From: Eledone cirrhosa
Taxonomy: Eukaryota
Direction: 5' to 3'
DNA length: 64,000 bases
Assembly (NCBI GenBank): GCA_964016885.1
Contig: OZ024743.1
Span: 287,184,001 to 287,248,000 of the forward strand
Shown: piece after piece, positions 11,477 through 25,525 of the stretch
How positions within the stretch are numbered: position 1 is the stretch's first letter
Layout: every line of letters starts with the position of its first letter
Position numbers and translations under genes: made by a program
The notes under the pieces: model-generated
Database searches by the model: none
What the model saw: only the letters and a program-made list of their open reading frames with translations
Told to the model about the DNA's origin: nothing

Positions 11477-12919
11477 ACTGGCCATTGGAGCCTTATATAT
11501 ATATATTTTTTTTGCTGTTCTTGTTATTTATTGATTTATTGTATTGCAATGTACCTCTCATTACCATTTCACTGGATGTATATATATGTTTTTCGTTTCC
11601 TTTACAACGAACATTTTAAGCTATATTCTTCTATTTGCCGGTTTATAAATTTACCACGTAAATTTGCCGTTGAAAACCGCGCATTTATTAAGAATGCTTA
11701 TTTCTCTGGTCGCTGGCCTCTTGACCCTTCCAGGTCAACGCATTCATAACATCAACAACAACAACACAGCTTCATCAACAACTAAAACCAGCAGAACAAG
11801 CCAGACAATTTATTTCTGCAGTACTCTGCCTGTGAGAAATTCCCTTCGGAAGTTGGAAATTTCATGTTATACCACAGACCAGAAACCACCTGCATTCATT
11901 CTCTGGAACACATTCTTTACTGCTGTCATGTGATTGCACACATGTGAACTGTATTTTAGATATTTGAACTTTTGACCTCTTCTCTTACTTTTATTACATT
12001 GTACCATAATTTTCATGCCTCTTACATGCTCGCCATCTTACTCCATGCATGCTTCTTTCGATTTTTATGTTTTAAAAATCTGGCGGGAGTTAATGTAGCA
12101 AGAGTTGCCTCCCTTGTCATGACAATCTCATCACCGCTCTCTAGACAGGAAGTAGCTGGAGTTGCTTCCCTTTGGGATTGACAGACTCCCTGTTGGTCAC
12201 TTCCGGTCACCTCCTATAAAAGGAACAGGTCACCACGATATCTCTCTCTTGCCTCCTGATTTCCGAAGTGGTAACACCTGCGACCTTAGCTTGAGATGAT
12301 TCATTTTTGATAATCCTTCGCTACCAAGAACAATGCAACTTGCAGCCTGAGAGCCTAAGATGTTAATACCAGCTAGAAAAGATCTCTTCTTTTCTCTACC
12401 AACTTCAGCCTGGAGTTGTGACCATCGGGTAACGAATCCTTAATATTTAATACCTTTGACTTCTATGAAGTAAAAACATTATTACAACACACACCGGTAT
12501 TTACTGTCTTTTGTAATAATTTTATATGTACACCGATACTAATCTCCCAAAAACTCATCCCGACATCTCTTAGCATAGGCTCTACCGGAGAAGTTTAAAC
12601 AAGGAAATGCCTCTGTAAATAGAGAAAATTCGATTGTCTTCCTTTTTGAAAATTGAGATTATCACCCCCGATTGCCAATTCACTCAGCATACACTAGTCA
12701 GCCAGAGCAGACCTTCTCTATTTAAGGCTTCTAACATTTCGGGCCGAATTTCATCCTTGACCTCAGCCACTGAGAGATTAGCCTTCAACCCTAGATGCAA
12801 CTCAAGTTCATCATGTTGTTGAAACCGGATTTAGAAGATTAGCAAAGTATTCTCTCCACCGCACAGATGCACCTCTTTCCAAAGAGAACCCCAGATGAGT
12901 CCTAATAGCAGGCGTGCAG

Positions 12920-13385
12920 CTGGATTTCCTATCCCGAAGTTTAGATATTTTGGGGTCGATTTCATGAGTGCTGGAAAGCAGGCGACTGAATTAAATGCAA
13001 GAATTGCTGGAGCTGGTGCATGATGCGCCAGCTTGAGCACAAGTTCATCAAAAAGGAACTAGATGTAAAAGCTAAACGCACTGTCTTTAATTGAGTGTTC
13101 GTGCCTACTCCTACTTATGATCATAAATATTGGGTAATGATCGAAAGAATACGATTGTGAATACAAGCGGCCGAAATGGGGTTCCTCCGAAAAATCTTTG
13201 GAGTAGGGTGCATAGCTTGGAGGTCGTAGTGTTGCTCCATGTAGAGCCGCTACTTCTCCGACACTAAGGACATGTGGTTTAAATGCTTGAGCAAATAATG
13301 GCTGGACAGATTTTACGGGCAAAGCGAACTCACAGGAGACCCAGAGATAGACAACGAACATGATGGTTCGATAACATCCAAGACC
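12920..13385 (+). mobile_element. Decayed RTE LINE C-terminal fragment
   Basis: KFRYFG..ELNARIAGAG..KELDVKAK..IQAAEMGFLRKI-type remnants. Confidence 0.55.
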
Positions 13386-13824
13386 ACCCCGAGAAAGAAA
13401 GAGAAAATAATAAACAAATGTAGAGAAATGTTATGGCCTAAAAGTATCAAGAAGAAGAAAAAAAGAGAGCTATGAGTTCAAATTAGGTTGCCAGGGTCGA
13501 TATAATAAAGTTCAAATCTAATACATAGCTTTCATTATGTAAAATCTCCCCATTTTGCCTCATTTCTCCCCTTTTTTTTCATGGTACTCCACATTTGGGC
13601 TTTTAGAGGTTGGCAGGTTTGATAATTAGAAATCTTCACTATCAGAAAGAAGTGCTGCGCCTATAACTATACACTTTCCCATATTGGGAATAATGATGTC
13701 GTTGCTGTTCAGTTTCAACTTAAATTCTGTAGATGCTTATTATAATTCATTAAATGGTAATCTGGCCGATAGTGTGTGTTGTTAAAAATAAACTAACGAT
13801 AATAGGGAATGTAAAAAAATGATT

Positions 13825-14220
13825 TAGCTTTCTTGAATGAACGAAACGAAAAAGTTTCGTTTTAACGTGGATATTTCTAAATTAACAAAATGTGTTTTTT
13901 TAATATTTAAGATGGAGATGTTTATACATATACATGAAACATTACGAATAAGTATATTTTGTTTGCACACATGAAAATATCATGTGTGCAAATGCAAACA
14001 AGGTATTTTTTCAACCACACACGCAATTTTTAATTTATTTATTTATACGTTTGCATCTGTGATGAAATTTTCATATTGCAAACAAAATATACATAATGCT
14101 TCATGCATATGTAACACCAAGCACCCGTACTAAGAAAACAACAAAAAAACTCATTTTCTTAACTTAAGAGTATCCACTCTAAAACGAAACATTCGTTTCG
14201 GTTATTCAGAGAAAAGCTAT
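13825..14220. mobile_element. Old fold-back/MITE upstream of PSMD12
   Basis: TAGCTTTCTTGAATGAACGAAACGAA..GTTTCGTTTTAACGTGGATA mirrored by TATCCACTCTAAAACGAAAC..TTCGTTTCGGTTATTCAGAGAAAAGCTA; inner parts also mirror. Confidence 0.6.
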
Positions 14221-14593
14221 ATTTTTTAGTAAATAAACGCAAACTTATACGTCGAAAAAGTATTGAAGAAATAAAATAAACAAAACATGCCAGAGATTCG
14301 TTTAAAGACATCTAAAATATTGCTAAATAAAAAAACACACTGAATATCAATTCAGGGAGCTTATGAGAAGAATAGTCAATCACCGCTACCCAATTGATAC
14401 TAGTCCTGATGGTGTGGGAGAAAGCGGCTCGTGTTCACAGCGGACTGAATGAAGAGAGAATTGAGTGAGGTACAAAAACCGGTCTGTAGTGAATAAGAGG
14501 TCGAACAAGGGAGGTAAACTTCCGTCAACGCTTCACTTCTTCCTCTTCCTTCTGATTTTCATTACTTCATTACTGTACCGCAGAAAAGCAAAA

Positions 14594-14692
14594 ATGGTTT
14601 CTGATTTTAGCGATGGTCGTGTACAGAAGATGGAGGTGGATTACTCAAGTAACGTCGATGAAGAGATACCAAAATGTCAAAAATTGGCGAAG
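14594..14692 (+). CDS. PSMD12: 26S proteasome non-ATPase regulatory subunit 12 (Rpn5), first coding exon
   Basis: MVSDFSDGRVQKMEVDYSSNVDEEIPKCQKLAK resembles the PSMD12 N-terminus (DGRIVKMEVDYSATVD..LPECAKLAK); AAAATGG start; AAG|GTAAAA donor. Confidence 0.92.
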
Positions 14693-16207
14693 GTAAAAAA
14701 GGAAGGAATTATATAATTACAATTGTTGTTGAAACTAATTATCCCATCACCATTTCTTCCACTGTAAAACTGAGAACATAGTTTGTTAAGAGTTATCTTC
14801 CTGTGTAAAATGCTTTGTCATACTTATTCTTCAAACATCAGTACATTCTCTCTCTTTCTATATATATAGAAAGAGATATATATATAAAGAATACAATTAA
14901 CAGACTAAAAGTAAAGTGATTTAATTTATTGCCCACTAAAACGTTACATTGTTATTTTATATATATATATATATATTTATGTAATAAACAACATAAGGCA
15001 ATTATTCCATTTACACATATATATATATATATTCAGCTGCTTTCCAATCTAAAGCTTGTTTTTTCCCCATCCCTAGTCGATTTTTTAACTTGTTTTTCTC
15101 TTTAAACTAATCTGAAATTATTAGACAGTGGTAGAAGCTTAGTTTGTGTAGTAAAACTTCTGGCGAGTCGAATATAGTCTGATATTCGATTTTCACACCT
15201 GGTTGGGATGTCGACAGGAGAGCTCGAAATTAGAATGAAAATATTTTGTGGCATTCAGCGTATTTATTTCGCATGCCCCCTCTTATATATAAACACACAC
15301 ACACACACATATATATGTATATAGTAATAATAATAAATTTGAAGACTAAAATCAAAAGAGGGGCTCGATAAGGATAAATATATATCAAATATATAAGAAC
15401 CGTAGAGCAAATTTCAGAAGATCCCGCTAAGGGTGAAAGCAGCGATTCTTTGCTTAAACTTTAATCTGTTATTTTAATATATATATATAAACACACACAT
15501 ACATACATACACATATACATATATAAAACGAAGGAAGTGTGGTAAGGAACCAGGTGGACCATAACAAATATGTTTGATTTTTGTGCTTCTCAATAGACTG
15601 TTCAGAGCCATAATAATTCATGTATAAAAGATATATGAGAGAGAAAGGACCATATATCCGTGAGATAACACAATATATTGTATATATACAGAGCACATAT
15701 TTCAAAGAAAAATGTGCTCTAAATGGAATTAAAAAAGCTGCCTATAGCGCTATTTCGAGTTGTGTAAACCATAACTTAAAATCGATCTATGTAATCGATT
15801 ATCGATCACAAACTAAATTTTGGTATTCACTCTTAATTTATATATATATATAATCTCATATATATCATATATATATATATCAGATCATAACTTAGTAGAA
15901 CTAATGGCATATGCCCTGAGAGAGTCAGCAGACACTCAACCATTAAGAGAAGCACTGGGAACTGATCCAGCCGAAACTTTCACAAGGCTAACTGGGAAAA
16001 GACCAAGAAAACAAAAAAAAAACAAGAAGGAATCCTATCTGAAACATGCACTACTTGAAATGGAAACTGCACTCAAACTTTCCCATGAAAAGGAGAGGGC
16101 AGAGAGAGAAATAAGGGCCATAGAAAATATTAAAACAAACCCTAAGGCATATATATGATATATATATATTTATCATATATATATATCTCGGGAATTTTAC
16201 CCGCCTT

Positions 16208-16245
<38 letters not shown>

Positions 16246-16384
16246 TATATATATATATATATATCATATATATATATATATCATGTATATATATATATCA
16301 TGTATATATATCATGTATATATATATATATATCATATATATATCATATATATATATATATATATCATATATATAATATATATAT

Positions 16385-16386
<2 letters not shown>

Positions 16387-16415
<29 letters not shown>

Positions 16416-18283
16416 GGTTTAGCGTCCGTGTTCCACGCTTGCATGGGTTTGGACGGGGGTTTTCCCACTTGAGGCAAGAGTGGTTGTCTTGCTCGCATAG
16501 GACTGTCTGGCGGGTTTTCTACAGTTGGATGCCCTTCCTTACACCAACCACATTTACAGTGTGGGGCTGGGAGGTTTTTACCGTGTTGCCTACACGGCCA
16601 CATTACAGCGTGGACTGTCTGGCGGGTTTTCTACAGCTGGATGCCCTTCCTAACACCAACCACATTTACAGTGTGGGGCTGGGAGGTTTTTACCGTGTTG
16701 CCTACACGGCCACATTTACAGCGTGGACTGTGTTTTTTTGTCGTGACACCTACACGACCTCATTTGTTTCGGCCTGGATGTTGTGGGACCAACATAACTT
16801 TACATTGAAAGGGGCGGTGTGGATGGGGTGGAGGTGGTGGGACGGGGGTGTGTGTTTTGATAGAGATGCCTACTGACTGTAGTAGGTTTTTACTAACAGA
16901 GGAGTTCAAGACCGGCTGCCCATGGGAACTCCTATACGCAGATGATCTAACGCTCATAGCTGAATCAATGGCCGAGCTAGAGAAGAAATTCCAAACATGG
17001 AAGCACGGCCTAGAATCAAAAGGACTTAAAATTAACCTGGCTAAGACTAAAGTTCTAGGTTGTAAGAAAGAAAATAAGGCGGCGGTCCCTTCCGAGAAGT
17101 GGCCATGCTCAGTGTGTAGGAAAGGCGTAGGTAGAAACTCCATTTTATGTCCCAAATGCAAAGTATGGGTGCATAAAAGATGTAGTGGGATCACAGGTTT
17201 GCTAACTAAGAACATAGATTTTACATGTGGCCGGTACTCTGGTGCAATAAGTAGCAGCAAGTGCCCACAAAATACTAGCTCTTTCAATTGCGCAGAGGGT
17301 TCTATAGAAATAGTGGACAGCTTCCGTTACCTGGGCGATAAAATCAGCAGTGGGGGAGGGTGCTCCGAAAGTACAGTAGCTAGAGTCAGAACTGGTTGGA
17401 AAAAGTTCAGAGAGCTTATACCACTATTAGCTGCTAAAGGGTTCTCCCTAAAAATGAAAGGCAGGTTGTATGATGCCTGCATACGAACAACAATGTTGCA
17501 TGGCAGTGAGACCTGGGCATTGTGTGCAGAGGATATACGCAGACTAGAGAGGAACGAAGCTTGCATGCTCCGCTGGATGTGTAACAGTAATATACGTGAA
17601 CGGCAAAGCATAAACGAACTAAGGAAAAAATTAGAAATAAGAGGGATCAGATGTTGTTTACTCGAGAGAAGGCTACGTTGGTATGGACACGTGATGCGCA
17701 TGAAAGTCGATAGCTGTATAACAAAGTGCAGGGCAATAAAGATAGACGTTAGCCACGGAATAGGCAGACCTAGAAAAACCTGGGACGAGCTGATAAACTC
17801 CAACCTCACACACTTACACCTCTCCAAGACAATGTCACTGGACCGAGACCTTTGGCGGTACTCAGTAACAGAGAAGACCCGCCTTACCTAAATACATAGT
17901 AAAACCTACTACAGCCAGTAGGCATCTCTAACAAAATACACCCCGTCCCACCACCCCCACCTCATTCCACACCACCCCCGTTCTATGTAAAGTTATGTTG
18001 GTGCCGCGCCATCCAGGCCGAAACGAATGAGATCGTGTAGGTGTCACGACAAAAAAACACACAGTCCACGCTGTAATGTGGCCGTGTAGGCAACACGGGT
18101 AAAAACCTCCCAGACCCACACTGTAAAATGTGGTTGGTGTTAGGAAGGCCATCCAACTGTAGAAAACCTGCCAGACAGTCCTATGCGAGCAAGACTATCA
18201 CTCCTTGCCTCAAGTGGGAATACCCCCGTCCAAACCCATGCAAGCGTGGAACACGGACGTTAAACGTTGATGATGATGATGAT
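16387..18283 (+). mobile_element. 5'-truncated RTE LINE (16895-18283) preceded by an inverted copy of its own 3' UTR (16387-16894)
   Basis: LLYADD, FRYLG, LRWYGHV, GRPRKTW; (GAT)n tail; 16387-16894 is the reverse complement of 17897-18283 plus an internal duplication. Confidence 0.9.
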
Positions 18284-18624
18284 ATATATATATCATATAT
18301 ATATATATCATATATATTCATATATATATATATCATATATATATATATATATATATCATATATATATATATATATTTCATATATATATATATCATCCATC
18401 ATCATCATCACCGTTTTACGTCCGTTCTTCCACGCTAGCAATGGGTTAGACGGGTTGTCCTGTTGTGGGCAGTGTCTGGTCGGCTGACCATGCCTTGCTC
18501 ATACAGGAACTGATCTGGCTTGATTTCTACAGCTGGATGCCCTTCCTAACACCAACCTCATTTACAGTGAGTGCTGGGTGCTTTTTCGTGGCGCCTACAC
18601 GTCCACTTTACAGTGTGGGCTGGG

Positions 18625-18824
18625 NNNNNNNNNNNNNNNNNNNNNNNNNNNNNNNNNNNNNNNNNNNNNNNNNNNNNNNNNNNNNNNNNNNNNNNNNNNN
18701 NNNNNNNNNNNNNNNNNNNNNNNNNNNNNNNNNNNNNNNNNNNNNNNNNNNNNNNNNNNNNNNNNNNNNNNNNNNNNNNNNNNNNNNNNNNNNNNNNNNN
18801 NNNNNNNNNNNNNNNNNNNNNNNN
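18625..18824. other. Assembly gap (200 N) followed by ~2 kb of degenerate (TA)n
   Basis: N run; (TA)n/(TATG)n to ~20860. Confidence 0.99.
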
Positions 18825-18851
18825 ATATATATATATATATATTATATATAT

Positions 18852-18885
<34 letters not shown>

Positions 18886-18907
18886 ATATATATATATATT
18901 ATATATA

Positions 18908-18941
<34 letters not shown>

Positions 18942-18960
18942 ATATAATATATATATATTA

Positions 18961-19561
<601 letters not shown>

Positions 19562-19662
19562 TATTATATATATAATATATATATATATATATCTATATAT
19601 ATAATATATATATATTATATATATATATATATACTATATATATACTATATACTATATACCTA

Positions 19663-19810
<148 letters not shown>

Positions 19811-19811
19811 T

Positions 19812-19943
<132 letters not shown>

Positions 19944-19972
19944 GTATATATATATATATATATATAATATTA

Positions 19973-20046
<74 letters not shown>

Positions 20047-20048
20047 TA

Positions 20049-20084
<36 letters not shown>

Positions 20085-20121
20085 TATATATGTATAATAT
20101 ATATATATATATGTGTGTATA

Positions 20122-20156
<35 letters not shown>

Positions 20157-20159
20157 GTG

Positions 20160-20195
<36 letters not shown>

Positions 20196-20197
20196 TA

Positions 20198-20307
<110 letters not shown>

Positions 20308-20370
20308 ATATATATATAATATATATATAGATATATATATATATGTGTATATATATATATATATATATTA

Positions 20371-20442
<72 letters not shown>

Positions 20443-20452
20443 TATATATATA

Positions 20453-20483
<31 letters not shown>

Positions 20484-20507
20484 TGTGTATATATATATAT
20501 ATATATA

Positions 20508-20538
<31 letters not shown>

Positions 20539-20539
20539 G

Positions 20540-20586
<47 letters not shown>

Positions 20587-20593
20587 GTATATA

Positions 20594-20635
<42 letters not shown>

Positions 20636-20724
20636 ATATATATGTATATATATATATAATATATATATGAATATATTATATATATATATATATGTATATA
20701 TATATACTATATATATATGTATAT

Positions 20725-20830
<106 letters not shown>

Positions 20831-20859
20831 TGTATATATATATGTATGTATTATATATG

Positions 20860-22268
20860 TAACAGAGGAGTTCAAGACAGGCTGCCCATGGGAACTCCTA
20901 TACGCAGACGACCTGACACTCATAGCGGAATCAATGGCCGAGCTAGAGAAGAAATTCCAAACATGGAAGCACGGCCTAGAGTCAAAAGGACTTAAAATTA
21001 ACCTGGCTAATGACCAAAGTTCTAGTTTGTAGGAAAGAAAACTAGGCGGCGGTCCCTTCTGGGAAATGGTCGTGCTCGGTGTGTAGGAAAGGCGTAGGTA
21101 GAAACTCCATTTTATGTTCCTAAATGCAAAGTATGGGTGCATAAAAGATGTAGTGGGATCACAGGTAAGCTAACTAAAGAACATAGATTTTACATGTGGC
21201 CGGTGTTCTGGTGCAATAAGTAGCAGCAAGTGCCCACAAAATACTAGCTCTTTCAATTGCGCAGAGGGTTCTATAGAAATAGTGGACAGCTTCCGTTACC
21301 TGGGCGATAAAATCAGCAGTGGGGGAGGGTGCTCTGAAAGTACTGTAGCTAGAGTCAGAACTGGTTGGAAAAAGTTCAGAGAGCTTATACCACTATTAGC
21401 TGCTAAAGGGTTCTCCCTAAAAATGAAAGGCAGGTTGTACGATGCCTGCATACGAACAGCAATGCTGCATGGCAGTGAGACCTGGCATTGTGTGCAGAGG
21501 ATATACGCAGACTAGAGAGGAACGAAGCTTGCATGCTCCGCTGGATGTGTAACAGTAATATACGTGAACGGCAAAGCATAAACGAACTAAGGAAAAAAAT
21601 TAGAGATAAGAGGGATCAGATGTTGTTTACTCGAGAGAAGGCTACGTTGGTATGGACACGTGATGCGCATTAAGATGACAGCTGTATAAAAAAGTGCAGG
21701 GCAATAAAGATAGACGGTAGCCACGGAATAGGCAGACCTAGAAAAACCTGGGACGAGCTGATAAACTCCGACATCACACACTTACACCTCTCCAAGACAA
21801 TGTCACTGGACCGAGACCTTTGGCGGTACTCAGTAACAGAGAAGACCCGCCTTACCTAAATATATAGTAAAACCTACTCAGCAGTAGGCATCTCTAACAA
21901 AATACACCCCGTCCCACCACCACCACACCCCACCCACCCCCATCCACACACACCCCGTTCTATGTAAAGTTATGTTGGTGCCCGCGCCATCCAGGCCGAG
22001 AACAAATGAGATCGTGTAGGTGTCACGACAAAAAAAACACACAGGTCCACGCTGTAATGTGGACCGTGTAGGCAACACGGTACAAACCTCCCAGTCCCAC
22101 ACTGTAAATGTGGTTGGTGTTAGGAAGGGCATCCAACTGTAGAAAACCTGCCAGACAGTCCTATGCGAGCAAGACAATCACTCTTGCCTCAAGTGGGACT
22201 ACCCCCGTCCAAACCCATGCAAGCGTGGAACACGGACGTTAAACGTTGATGATGATGATGATGATGAT
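20860..22268 (+). mobile_element. Second, indel-rich copy of the RTE fragment with the same 5' breakpoint
   Basis: Starts TAACAGAGGAGTTCAAG as at 16894; near-identical with many 1-bp indels. Confidence 0.9.
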
Positions 22269-22392
22269 ATATATGTGTATATATATATATATATATATAC
22301 ACACACATACATACAAACAGAAAAAAGAGGTAAATATGGAAGGAGAGGGGTAGGGGAGGATGGAGAAAAGTGTTGCTTATTATCCTTTAGAA

Positions 22393-22691
22393 CAGGGGTT
22401 CTCAACCTGGTCCATGTGGACCACAGGAAAATTCAGGTGGTCCACAGAACATTTTCAATAGCAAATTCTTTTTTGATCCATGCATTTGACTTAAAGTGCT
22501 GTTCTTATTCTTCGCATAAGTACAACTTCAGCTGTTTATTTGCGTAGATTTTTAGGCACTCGACATGATAATAGCATTTTCTAATTCATTGAAAAAAAAA
22601 AACATCTACTGATGCTTATAAGTAGCAGTTCTATTACAAAAGATTTAACAGTTTAGGTGGTCAACAGCGAAAAAAGGGTTGAGAACCCCTG
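22393..22691. mobile_element. hAT (Charlie-type) MITE
   Basis: TIR CAGGGGTTCTCAACC/GGTTGAGAACCCCTG; 8-bp TSD CTTTAGAA. Confidence 0.9.
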
Positions 22692-23027
22692 CTTTAGAAC
22701 ACATGTAATCAACATGTAGCCTCTAAGCAGTCTTGTTCAATTGTTTCACTCTCCACTTGCTTACTAGACAGCTCTACATGGTTTGTATGAACCACCAAAT
22801 TACAGAGCATGGAAGGTCCTTTACTGTTTGATGAATGCTAGAGTAGAGTGATGAATACTAGCTAAGTAGTTCCACAGTTGTCTTACTAGAAAGATTACAT
22901 CAGTATTACTTCTTCCTGGCACAAAGCCGAACAGCATTTCATCTAGACTAATTCTGTTTCTTCTCAGTTACAAATCTTTCTGTAACTTTCATAACCTGGT
23001 TCATTAATTTGATGTCTTTCTCTAGAG

Positions 23028-23090
23028 CAGTGGTTCCCAAAGTGGGTTCCGCAAAAGAGCTCCGCGTTTGAAAGAAATTGGGAAACCCTA
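23028..23090. mobile_element. 63-bp hAT MITE
   Basis: CAGTGGTTCCCAA...TTGGGAAACCCTA; 8-bp TSD CTCTAGAG. Confidence 0.75.
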
Positions 23091-23564
23091 CTCTAGAGCA
23101 TCACTTTTGCCTCCTGCAGCTGTTGATAATATTGTTATGCCAGTCCCCCGTGTATCATCATGATCATATTCCTCCATTGTGATAAAGTGAAAGTCTTGGA
23201 GGAAAGAGATATTGCATGTGGTTTCCCATGCCCTTTTTACAGCACAGTGCAGTTGATTCCGAGAGAGATAGGAGTGAGAATAGACTTCAGTACTTGACTG
23301 GTATTGTATTGCATCCTCGAAAAAGAAAAGGGTTGATAATTGTGTGTGTGTGTATATATATATAACACCAGGAAGGCCATCCAGCTATAAAATACTGTCT
23401 TAAAATGTTTTATCCAACCGATACAGGAATGGCAAAACGGATGTTAAAACAACGAAACTTATACAAAATGGCTGATTAAACACACACGTGCTTTCCACCC
23501 GCAAACATTTTTTTTAAATTTCTTCTTTTTCTTACTCTAGTCTATCTTTCTATCCCTCATTCTA

Positions 23565-23600
23565 TATTCTGATGAATGACTAACGTCCGAAACGTTAATA
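23565..23600 (+). ncRNA. Minimal hammerhead (family also at 48035-48069 and, degenerate, 38546-38581)
   Basis: TATT-CTGATGA-ATGAC(taac)GTCC-GAAAC-GTT-AATA; palindromic AACGTT. Confidence 0.7.
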
Positions 23601-23647
23601 CTATCTTACTATATCAAGTTTTAAACTCCCGTATTGTGTATAATATA

Positions 23648-23797
23648 TAATTGTTTCTACTTTTGGCACAAGGCCAGCAATTATCCCAGTCTATTACTAG
23701 TACTTTATTTTATCAACCCCGTAAGAATGAAAGGCAAGGGCCGTAACTCTATGCGTCAGAGCATGGCGTCCGACCCTCTACCAATACTGCCAATCCA
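23648..23797 (-). mobile_element. tRNA-derived Nin-domain SINE (other copies ~24945-25188 +, 27570-27720 +, 28822-28995 -, 31702-31887 -, 33620-33730 +, 54231-54416 -)
   Basis: Family consensus TGGCAGTATCGG A-box, GAGTTCAAATCC B-box, GCCTTTCATCCTTACGGGGTCGATAAAATAAAGTACCAG core, (ATT)n tail. Confidence 0.8.
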
Positions 23798-24575
23798 GGT
23801 CTGACAAGTGGATAAACCCCAACCCCGTTTATAAGCCGAAGCAGCTAATGAACACATGTTTAAATGGCGTGGTTTTAAAATTCTCATGAGTATAAAATAT
23901 ATTTATGAAGTTTTAATGTTGTTGTTTAAAATGTGTAAAGTGTCGTTCACAACTCCATTACATAATGCTTTTTGACTATTTCATATGCTTTATAGTTTCA
24001 ACAAGTTTCTCGAATTTTTGTTTACTTCTGGCCACTCACATGCTGGGAGTAGTTAATAGCAATGAGATTGAACAAGGGAACTTTGTATAGAGATTCATAG
24101 AGTAGAAGATGGTGGCGACAGAAAGTGAGAAGAGAGAGCAAGAGCAATAAAATACAAGTCAGAAAAAAAATTTCAATCTAACGTAATATTGAAAGAAAAA
24201 GTATTAAGTCAGAGAAAAACAGTCGGCACACGTGTATGTGTATGGGTCACACAGTGTCTTAAACCACCTCATGCTAGCATGGAAAAGTGATGACACATAT
24301 ATATATGATACACACATATATGATGCACACATACATAGAAAACATGCATACTCCTCTCTTTCCAATAATTTGGCACCAGGTTAAACCCAATCGAGCAGAC
24401 AGATGATCAAAAGTATTCTACTCATGACTATCCCATCTTTTAGGGGCATGTTTTCCTTTGAGGAAGGTTTTGCTGATATTTCTAGCAGGTTGATGGACCA
24501 CTCAGGGTCTCCCTAGTTCAGTGGAAGAAGGCTTGCCAGGCATCATTTTGAGTCAGAGAAATGCATGTTATACAG

Positions 24576-24854
24576 CAGGGGTGTGCAACAGGCGGCCCGC
24601 CAGACAAGTCAGAATGGCCCGCGATGACCGTTTTTAATTTTTACTTCGTAGGCTTATTTAGAAATTTTTCTGTTAGTTGACCTATACTATAGGGCTTCAC
24701 TGATAGGGTTATGTGTGTTATAATTTCCTAGTTCCATGTTATGGAAAGAAGTTGTGGTGAATCTTTGGAATAGTGCTTGATAAATATTAATGGCCCTAAT
24801 AGTTGTTCCAATGTTCAAAAGTGGCCCGCCAATGGAAGATGTTGCACACCCCTC
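24576..24854. mobile_element. hAT-type MITE
   Basis: TIR CAGGGGTGTGCAAC/GTTGCACACCCCT; subterminal GGCCCGC motifs. Confidence 0.75.
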
Positions 24855-25525
24855 TTTTATATATATATAGATACATGTATAATGGTTTTCAAATCCCACC
24901 AATGCCAACATAGTCTTTATTGACAAAATAAAGTACCAGTCTAGGGTGGTGGATTACCGGAGTTATTAGAGCATCGGATGAAATACCGTAGAGGGTCGGA
25001 CGCCATGCTTTGTAGCATAGTGTTATGGCCTTTTATGATCTGAGTTCAAATCCCGCCGAGGTTAACTTTGCCTTTCATCCTTACGGGGGTCGATAAGATA
25101 AAGTACCAGTCATGCAGCTGAGGTCGATTTAATCGACTTTACCCTCCCCAAAAATTGCTGGCCTTGTGTCTATATAAGAAACCATTATTTGTGGCCACCT
25201 TGAGGAGTAGACAATCTGTCACCTGGGTTAACACAAACACCAGGCACTGCAGGGTATTTAGTTAAATCCGTTCTGAGGATCCTCCCTCCCTCTACAAGTT
25301 TTAAAAGGTCACGGGAACAGCCCTTCCCTTCCTAGCTAAACAGTTAAAAAAAAAAAAGAAAATATATTTTTAATGTCAAATTTATTGAACACTTCTAATC
25401 TCAAACTGAAAAATTCTAGACAATTCTCTATTTTAAACTAAATGGAGAGAGACAGAAATAGGGGACATCCTTTGTTTGAAAAACATAAAATTGTTCTATC
25501 AATCATAATATTCAGTGTGTGTATA

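Larger units (their letters stand above)
5254..12551 (+). mobile_element. Gypsy/Ty3 LTR retrotransposon, full length, inactivated
   Basis: 458-bp LTRs 5254-5711 and 12094-12551 (about 5 substitutions by eye), AACT TSD, PBS, purine-rich tract before the 3' LTR, gag-PR-RT-RH-IN order. Confidence 0.95.
4720..12800 (-). mobile_element. Decayed RTE-clade LINE fragment (4720-5253 plus 12552-12800) split by the Gypsy insertion
   Basis: Joined minus strand reads DEIRPEML.ALNREGLLWLT..W..GVIISIFKK.D..YRGISL ... QC.F...RSTADQ ... FVDL.KA ... GCVLPPLL with frameshifts. Confidence 0.7.

Noticed and set aside
14465-14716. 83-aa single-exon ORF
   Set aside because: Homology begins at ATG 14594 and ends at the splice donor 14693
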